In this document: positions 57,877 through 64,000 of the stretch, piece by piece
How positions within the stretch are numbered: position 1 is the first letter of the stretch
How the letters are laid out: each line of letters opens with the position of its first letter
Assembly (NCBI GenBank): GCA_964608725.1
Contig: CAZSPB010000001.1
Coordinates: 171,696 to 235,695, forward strand
Source: an uncultured archaeon
Lineage (GTDB): Archaea > Aenigmatarchaeota > Aenigmatarchaeia > Aenigmatarchaeales > Aenigmatarchaeaceae
Direction: 5' to 3'
Length of the DNA: 64,000 nt
Program-made: the position numbers and the translations under genes
The notes under the pieces: model-generated
The model's input: the letters and a program-made list of their open reading frames with translations, nothing else
Told to the model about the DNA's origin: nothing
Database searches by the model: none

Positions 57877-57881
57877 AATTT

Positions 57882-57930
57882 TATTTTACAACTGTAAAAT
57901 ATATAAATTTTATTTTACAACTATAAAATA
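57882..57930. promoter_or_regulatory. Tandem palindromic operator pair between padR and ino1
   Basis: TATTTTACA-AC-TGTAAAATA (57882-57901) and TATTTTACA-AC-TATAAAATA (57911-57930) flanking TATAAA. Confidence 0.7.
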
Positions 57931-58994
57931 TGATAAGGATAGCTATAGCAGGCGTTGGAAATTGTTGTAGTAATTTAATCCAAGGTTTATACTATTATAG
58001 AAAAAACAAGAGTGACGGTCTTTCTTATCCTATCCTAGGCGGTTATAAAGTTTCTGATATAAAGGTATGTGCAGCTTTTGATGTTGCAAAAAATAAAGTT
58101 GGTAAAGATCTTTCAGAGGCAATCTTTGAATCTCCTAACAACACTGTAAAAATTGTTAAAGTACCAAAACTCAACGTTCCAGTTATGAAAGGGCCAGTTT
58201 TGGACGGAATAGGAAAGTATATGAAAAATGTGGTTGAGATAGATAAAAAGCAAAAGTCAGTGAAAGTCTCAAAAGTTTTGGAAGATTTGGGGATAGATGT
58301 TTTAATAAACTTTTTACCAGTTGGTTCAGAAAGAGCAACAAAATTTTATGCTTCGGAAGCACTAAAAGCAGGTTGTGGATTTCTAAACGCAATTCCAGCT
58401 TTCATAGCATCAGACAAAAAATGGGCCGAAAAATTTAGAAAAGCTGGAGTTCCTATAATAGGGGATGATACAAAAAGTCAAGTTGGTGCAACCATACTTC
58501 ATAGAACTTTAGTGAAACTTTGTAGAGATAGAGGTGCTATTATTGATAGAACATATCAGTTAAATTTTGGTGGTAACAGTGATTTTTACAACATGCTAGA
58601 AAGAGAAAGATTGAAAAGCAAAAAGATATCAAAAACAGAGGCAGTTCAGAGTCAAATGAAGAAAAGATTGCCAGATGAAAAAATACATATAGGGCCATCA
58701 GATTTTGTACCATGGCTTAAAAGTAGGAAAATAGCTTACATAAGGATAGAAGGAAGACTTTTCGCTGACATTCCATTCAGTATAGAAGCAAAGTTGGATG
58801 TTGAAGACAAAGCTAACAGTTCTGGAACAGTCATAGATGCTATAAGGTGTCTTAAAATAGCTCTAGATAGAGGGATTTCAGGGCCTTTGATATCTCCTTC
58901 AGCATACTTTTGCAAACACCCACCAATTCAATTAAGTGATGAAGAAGCTAAGAGAAGACTAGAGATGTTCATAGAAGGAAAAATAGAGAGGTAA
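57930..58994 (+). CDS. ino1: myo-Inositol-1-phosphate synthase
   Basis: IAGVGNC, LPVGS, GDDTKSQVGAT, QLNFGGNSDF, SKKISKT. Confidence 0.95.
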   Translation: MIRIAIAGVGNCCSNLIQGLYYYRKNKSDGLSYPILGGYKVSDIKVCAAFDVAKNKVGKDLSEAIFESPNNTVKIVKVPKLNVPVMKGPVLDGIGKYMKNVVEIDKKQKSVKVSKVLEDLGIDVLINFLPVGSERATKFYASEALKAGCGFLNAIPAFIASDKKWAEKFRKAGVPIIGDDTKSQVGATILHRTLVKLCRDRGAIIDRTYQLNFGGNSDFYNMLERERLKSKKISKTEAVQSQMKKRLPDEKIHIGPSDFVPWLKSRKIAYIRIEGRLFADIPFSIEAKLDVEDKANSSGTVIDAIRCLKIALDRGISGPLISPSAYFCKHPPIQLSDEEAKRRLEMFIEGKIER

Positions 58995-58996
58995 CT

Positions 58997-59587
58997 ATGC
59001 TTTACGAAAAAAGGGAGAAGTTTAAAAAACTAGAGATAAAAATAGGAAAGAGTTTCAGTAAATTAAATTTAACACCAAATCAGTGGACTCTTTCTAGTCT
59101 TCTTTTTGTTCTTCTCTCTTTTTACTTTATAATTACAAACAATTTCATTTTAGCTTTCCTAGCTTTTCTTTTTACATCTCTTATTGATTTTATAGATGGG
59201 GCAGTAGCCCGAGCAACTAACACAGTTAGCGTATTAGGAGGTTATTTAGATACTATTGTAGATAGGATAGTAGAGTTTTTGATCATTTTAGCTTTATTTT
59301 TTTCCGAATATCCTCCCTTTTTTCTTAGCTCAAAAACATGGCTTTTACTTTTACTTTTTGGGTCTTTTATGACAACTTATACGAAAGCAGCTGCTGTTGA
59401 AAAGGGTTTAAGAAAAGATGGAATTAAAGGTGGTCTTGTTGAAAGAGGGGAAAGAATGATATTACTACTATTAATTATTTTTCTTTCTACTTTTTCAAAA
59501 AAGTATGCAAGCTTTTTAATTGCAGTTTCAGCAGTACTAACAAATTTATCAGCTCTTCAAAGGTTCTTAATAGTTATAAAAAGATAA
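58997..59587 (+). CDS. CDP-alcohol phosphatidyltransferase (archaetidylinositol phosphate synthase)
   Basis: TPNQWT, DFIDGAVAR..GGYLDTIVDR; directly after ino1. Confidence 0.88.
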   Translation: MLYEKREKFKKLEIKIGKSFSKLNLTPNQWTLSSLLFVLLSFYFIITNNFILAFLAFLFTSLIDFIDGAVARATNTVSVLGGYLDTIVDRIVEFLIILALFFSEYPPFFLSSKTWLLLLLFGSFMTTYTKAAAVEKGLRKDGIKGGLVERGERMILLLLIIFLSTFSKKYASFLIAVSAVLTNLSALQRFLIVIKR

Positions 59588-59612
59588 ATATAAAAAATAC
59601 TGATTTGGTTTT

Positions 59613-59951
59613 ATGAAACAAGCCATAATAATTAGAACAGATTTAAAAATGGGAAAAGGAAAGATAGCTAGTCAATGTGCTCATGCAAGTGTTGCAGCTT
59701 TTTTAAAAGCTAAACCTCTTGATAAAAAGAAATGGATAAATAGTGGAATGAAAAAAGTTGTTTTAAAAGTTAAAAACGGTAAAGAAATTGTTAAATTGTA
59801 TAAAAAAGCTAAAAGGAGAAAAATTCCATGTGAGCTAATAATAGATAAAGGCTTAACCCAAATAGAGCCAGGAACGATAACAGCATTAGGAATAGGACCT
59901 GCAGATGATAAAAAGATAGATGAGATAACTGGAAGGTTAAAGTTATTGTGA
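59613..59951 (+). CDS. pth2: Peptidyl-tRNA hydrolase Pth2
   Basis: RTDLKMGKGKIASQCAHA, DKGLTQ, LGIGP, LKLL. Confidence 0.95.
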   Translation: MKQAIIIRTDLKMGKGKIASQCAHASVAAFLKAKPLDKKKWINSGMKKVVLKVKNGKEIVKLYKKAKRRKIPCELIIDKGLTQIEPGTITALGIGPADDKKIDEITGRLKLL

Positions 59952-59955
59952 TTTT

Positions 59956-60771
59956 ATGAATATCGAAGCTTTTTTGAATGAAAATTTTTTAAAACCATTA
60001 TGCCATTATTATACTCCCATAGGAACTATAACTTACGGTTTAATTCTCATCTTAGCAGTCTTTGGAACTTACAAACTTTTAAAATTCTTAAGAATCAAAA
60101 TTGATAAAAAATTCTTTTTTGGAGTACTCCCTTTCATAATTTATGGAGGTTGGACAAGAGCTTTGAGGGATCATAAGCTAGGAGTATATCAAAGTAATTT
60201 ATTTTGCTCTCCTCCAATTTACTTTTTTGTATTTTTTATTGCTTTATTTTCTCTTTTAATTGGATTATCTTTAGAAAAAATTACGAAAAAATCTAAATAT
60301 AAAAAATATTTCACTTACGAGAAAACTATGATTGGAATAGGTTTTTCTTTCTTATTGTACAATTTAACTCTCACAAAAATTGAAAATCCCTTTGCTTTCA
60401 TTTTTATTTTGTGTCTAACATTTTTCTGGTTTCTTATTTTATTGGGAGTAAGATATTTAAAACCAAAAGTTCTTTCACTTGAAAATTTAGGAATAATAAC
60501 TTCTCACTTATTTGATGCATCATCAACTTTTACAGCTATAACTTTCTTTGGTTTTTATGAACAGCATGTACTCCCAACATTTTTAATAAGCATTTTTGGA
60601 CCTTGGATTATGTTTCCTTTAAAAATATTTGTAGTATGGCCTATATTATTACTAATAGACAAATCTAAAGAAGATATATTCTTTAAAAATTTTTTGAAAA
60701 TAGTAATACTTATCCTTGGCTTAGCTTTAGGCACAAGAGATTTTTTAACTATAAGTATGTTAACGTATTAA
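59956..60771 (+). CDS. DUF63 membrane protein
   Basis: YTPIGTITY, SPPIYF, HLFDASST, YEQHVL, LGLALGTRD. Confidence 0.82.
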   Translation: MNIEAFLNENFLKPLCHYYTPIGTITYGLILILAVFGTYKLLKFLRIKIDKKFFFGVLPFIIYGGWTRALRDHKLGVYQSNLFCSPPIYFFVFFIALFSLLIGLSLEKITKKSKYKKYFTYEKTMIGIGFSFLLYNLTLTKIENPFAFIFILCLTFFWFLILLGVRYLKPKVLSLENLGIITSHLFDASSTFTAITFFGFYEQHVLPTFLISIFGPWIMFPLKIFVVWPILLLIDKSKEDIFFKNFLKIVILILGLALGTRDFLTISMLTY

Positions 60772-60803
60772 ATTTTCTTAACAAATAATATAACAGGATT
60801 TTT

Positions 60804-62006
60804 ATGGACATTTTAATAGATGTTGTCAATTTAACTTTCGCATTTATAGGAATCTATTTCATGATACTCTATTTACTTCTTTTTTCAACTCATAAAAAGA
60901 AATTGCTGAAAAGGCCAAGAATAAAGAAGTTCCCTTCAGTAAGCATAATTATTCCAGCTTACAATGAGGAGAAGAATATAAAAGAAACAGTTGAGAATGC
61001 AAAAAGATTAAGGTATCCTGGGAAAAAAGAAGTAATAGTTGTGGATGATGGTTCTACAGATAACACTTATAATATAGCGAAAAAAATCAAGGGGGTAAAA
61101 GTTTTAAAAAAGAAAAATGGTGGAAAAGCTAGTGCGTTAAATTATGGATTAAGATATTGTAAAGGAAAAATAGTAGTTTGTATAGATTCTGATTCTTATC
61201 CAGAAAAAAATGCTCTAATGAAAACTATACCATTTTTTTCTGATAAGAAAGTTGCTGCTGTTACAACATCTATAGTAGTGAAAAGTGCAAAAAATATCAT
61301 TCAAAAGTTGCAACAAATAGAATACATTATGATAGCATGGTCAAGGAAGCTTTTAGAATTTCTAGATGCTATTTATGTTACTCCAGGCCCTATGAGTTTA
61401 TACAGGAAAGATGTACTTGTAAAACTAGGAGGTTTTGATGAAAAAAATTTAACTGAAGATATTGAAATAGCATGGAGGCTTATGAAACACAAGTATAAAA
61501 TAAAAATGGCTCTAGATACTATAGTTTACACTAATGTTCCTTCAACTGTTAAGAGATGGTGGAAGCAAAGGTTGAGATGGAATATAGGAGGCCTTCAAAC
61601 AACATCAAAGTATTTTCATTTATTTTTGAATAAGGAATTCAGCAATATTGGAATGTTCGTTTTGCCTGTTTTTTCTATTTCATATTTACTTTCTGCTCTA
61701 GGCCTTTTTTTCATATTTTACATAATATTAAACTGGATTCGTTTCATCACAGCTTCCCTATCTTTTGGTTTTAGTATAATTGGCCCAATAACACTACTTC
61801 CTGACTTATTCTGGGTTTTATCCTTTTTCTCTTTTATAATTTTGTTTCTATATTTGCACACAAGTTTAAAAACTATGAAAAAAGTTATAAAAATGCCAAA
61901 AGGAATTCTTGATTTTTTAGTTTATTTAAGTGTTTATATTACAATATTCCCTTTTAACCTTTTACATAGTTTTATAAAGTTTGTGACTAAAAAGTATGAA
62001 TGGTAA
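60804..62006 (+). CDS. GT2 membrane glycosyltransferase
   Basis: PAYNEE, DDGSTD, DSD, TED, QRLRW. Confidence 0.92.
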   Translation: MDILIDVVNLTFAFIGIYFMILYLLLFSTHKKKLLKRPRIKKFPSVSIIIPAYNEEKNIKETVENAKRLRYPGKKEVIVVDDGSTDNTYNIAKKIKGVKVLKKKNGGKASALNYGLRYCKGKIVVCIDSDSYPEKNALMKTIPFFSDKKVAAVTTSIVVKSAKNIIQKLQQIEYIMIAWSRKLLEFLDAIYVTPGPMSLYRKDVLVKLGGFDEKNLTEDIEIAWRLMKHKYKIKMALDTIVYTNVPSTVKRWWKQRLRWNIGGLQTTSKYFHLFLNKEFSNIGMFVLPVFSISYLLSALGLFFIFYIILNWIRFITASLSFGFSIIGPITLLPDLFWVLSFFSFIILFLYLHTSLKTMKKVIKMPKGILDFLVYLSVYITIFPFNLLHSFIKFVTKKYEW

Positions 62007-62656
62007 GCATGAGAAAAGTGTTTCTAAAAACTGCATTAATTACAGTAACTATTTTCATCATAGGTTTTTATGGCGGTATATTTTTTGATAATTTAAGAAT
62101 AGAAGAAGTTAGGGCAAGGCTAACTGAAATAGATAACTTATGGAATGATGCAAGACTCATACAATCTTATATGCAGAGATTTTCTAATAACATAACTCCT
62201 TATTGTGAATTCCTTTTAGAAGAAAATTTAAAAATAGGAGATAGGATATATGCTGAAGGTTTGAAAGTTGAAGAATATGAGACTGCAAATCGTTTTGCAA
62301 CTTTCTTTTTAACAGAAAAAAAGAGGTATGCTCTTTTGGATTTGCAGTTTTGGGTTAATAGCATAGATCTAAAAAGATTATGCAATGCAAATTATTCAAC
62401 AGTAATCTACTTTTATTCTCAGTTCAACAAAACAGCTGAACAAAGGTTTCAAGACAGAGTTTTATGGGATTTGAAACAAAAATGTGGCCCAAAAATAATT
62501 TATATAACATTCCCTGTTGATCTTGATATTTCAACTATAGATATGATAAGAAAAATTTATAACATTAAGAAAATTCCGTCTATATTAATAAATGAAAGTC
62601 TTCTTTTAGAATGTCCTGTAAGTTTAAGAGAGTTAGAAGAATACGTGAAATGTTAG
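62000..62656 (+). CDS. Membrane-anchored protein with thioredoxin-like C-terminal domain
   Basis: N-terminal TM; VIYFYS and KIPSILIN (cis-Pro-like) without CxxC. Confidence 0.6.
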   Translation: MVSMRKVFLKTALITVTIFIIGFYGGIFFDNLRIEEVRARLTEIDNLWNDARLIQSYMQRFSNNITPYCEFLLEENLKIGDRIYAEGLKVEEYETANRFATFFLTEKKRYALLDLQFWVNSIDLKRLCNANYSTVIYFYSQFNKTAEQRFQDRVLWDLKQKCGPKIIYITFPVDLDISTIDMIRKIYNIKKIPSILINESLLLECPVSLRELEEYVKC

Positions 62657-63183
62657 CTCATTAAAACTAAAAGAACTTTATCAACTGAAAGATCAAGGTC
62701 AGTATAAGTTCTATTAATTTCTAAAAAACTTTTTCCTTCTACAAATATAACATAACCTCTAACAGTAACAGCAGTAAGGTTAGTTTGTGATGGGCCTAGA
62801 AGTAAAATTACTGGTTCGTCATAACTTGCAAAATCAAAAGCTTGAGTTGTTTTGTTTAAAGGTAACGTTATAATAGGTTTGACTTTTTGAAAGTAATACT
62901 CATTAATTATAGTTAACTTGTAAGCTAACTCATAAGCATCAGCAAGATAATAAGGATTTTCTGTTTCATTGGGTATGTACGCTATTTTTATTCTAGACAC
63001 ATCAGGATTTAACAAAGTGTTTTTTAAACTTTCTTCATTTGGATAAACTGGAACATTTTTAGCTTCATTTAAATTTGCTCTAAAGTGTAATGTAACCCCC
63101 GCGAATTCTCTTTGAAAAGGGTTAGTAGAAATACAAAGAGATACCAAAATAATGAGAATTAAAGATGCAATCATTTTTTTCAT
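62653..63183 (-). CDS. Exported/lipoprotein-like hypothetical protein
   Basis: MKK-hydrophobic-SLC signal; several NxT sequons. Confidence 0.65.
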   Translation of the reverse strand: MKKMIASLILIILVSLCISTNPFQREFAGVTLHFRANLNEAKNVPVYPNEESLKNTLLNPDVSRIKIAYIPNETENPYYLADAYELAYKLTIINEYYFQKVKPIITLPLNKTTQAFDFASYDEPVILLLGPSQTNLTAVTVRGYVIFVEGKSFLEINRTYTDLDLSVDKVLLVLMS

Positions 63184-63251
63184 ATTCTTACCTCTAGTTT
63201 GTTAAAATAAAAGAAAAAGGAAAGGCCAGGCCGCTCCTTTCTCTAAAAATT

Positions 63252-64000
63252 TTACGAATAAGCTGGAGATTCTACAGATCCTGTAACTTCTATGTAAGAT
63301 CCAGCTTTCTGTGTGTCTGTTGCTCCTGGGAAGTCGTTCTGTACTATTCTGCATGCCAAGTCTGTGTCTTCTGCTCTTGTACCAGCTATTACTAATGCTG
63401 TCTTTCCTGTTGCAAACGCATCTGTTATCAATTGAATTCTACCAAAGTTCCTACCTGGCCAGTTAGCACAGGTGTATGGGAACTTTCCTGCTGTTGCTAA
63501 CTCTGCTACCAAGCTGTTTACACAAGGACCTCCTACTAATACGAGATCCTTTGTTGTTTTGTCTGTATCTGTAACTTCATTATCAAGCTTTATTACATCA
63601 GCTGTTATTGGCAAAACTGTTTCTGTTGTTACTGTTCCTGCAGTTCCACCTGTTGTTATAGTTGCTCCTGGTGCCAATACGTAAACATTAGCATAGCTGA
63701 ATGAATCTGGATATTTAATTGTTGCACTCATTGAAGTTGTATCATATTCGCTATAAGTTCCGTAAGTTGACATTCCTCTGTAAGTTGTTGTTCCTGATAC
63801 AACATCCCAGTTACTCTCTAAGTTGGTATCATCTGAGTGTGGTGTTGTAATTCCTGCTTTCACCAACGTTGAAGAGTAAGATACTGGGAAGTATATCCAG
63901 TGGTGAGTTGTCGATCCTTGCAATGCCTCTTCTACTAATACAAAACCTGGAGATGTTAGCATTCCTGTTCCAGAAGTTCCTAAACCAACGTTACAACTCC
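63252..64000 (-). CDS. S-layer protein, C-terminal part (5' end beyond window)
   Basis: KLDNEV, LVLVGGPCVNSLVAEL, LVIAGTRAEDT S-layer C-terminal motifs; Thr-rich. Confidence 0.85.
   Translation of the reverse strand, partial: SCNVGLGTSGTGMLTSPGFVLVEEALQGSTTHHWIYFPVSYSSTLVKAGITTPHSDDTNLESNWDVVSGTTTYRGMSTYGTYSEYDTTSMSATIKYPDSFSYANVYVLAPGATITTGGTAGTVTTETVLPITADVIKLDNEVTDTDKTTKDLVLVGGPCVNSLVAELATAGKFPYTCANWPGRNFGRIQLITDAFATGKTALVIAGTRAEDTDLACRIVQNDFPGATDTQKAGSYIEVTGSVESPAYS

Noticed and set aside
653..63684. Antisense shadow ORFs (e.g. 653-859, 28132-28578, 49580-49921, 63472-63684)
   Set aside because: Lie opposite well-supported genes and have the F/S/L/I-rich composition expected from reverse-reading K/E-rich codons.
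1..64000. CRISPR array, IS element, provirus, 16S or 5S rRNA
   Set aside because: No regularly spaced repeats, transposase, integrase or capsid genes, and no 16S/5S signatures were seen by eye.

Overview
AT-rich, densely coded archaeal chromosome segment. An unlinked 23S rRNA, form III RuBisCO/AMP pathway, class III signal-peptide pilus locus and compact genes suggest a DPANN lineage, possibly Aenigmarchaeota-like (inference only). Contents: RNA and translation genes (trm1, rpo4, eS26, rtcB + archease, argS, EF-1beta, pth2, tRNA-Arg), a type IV pilus operon, an array of small paralogous ORFs, Sec61beta, an RNase P RNA with a truncated specificity domain, and a minus-strand 23S rRNA with two bulge-helix-bulge (BHB) introns. 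It also has the AMP phosphorylase/RuBisCO/R15P isomerase cluster, tetraether-lipid genes (tes, a putative GMGT synthase, carS, ino1, AIP synthase), a glycogen/glycolysis cluster and the 3' end of an S-layer gene. Main finding: the 23S precursor seems to carry its own modification guides. Its ~270-nt 5' leader is a tandem array of box C/D-like units, and the 187-nt ORF-less intron holds another C/D unit plus an H/ACA-like hairpin. Their guide segments are complementary to this same 23S and, by the D+5 rule, point to U2552, C1920 and G2251 (E. coli numbering, aligned by eye), all known 2'-O-methylation sites. All structures and alignments were read manually; no searches were run.
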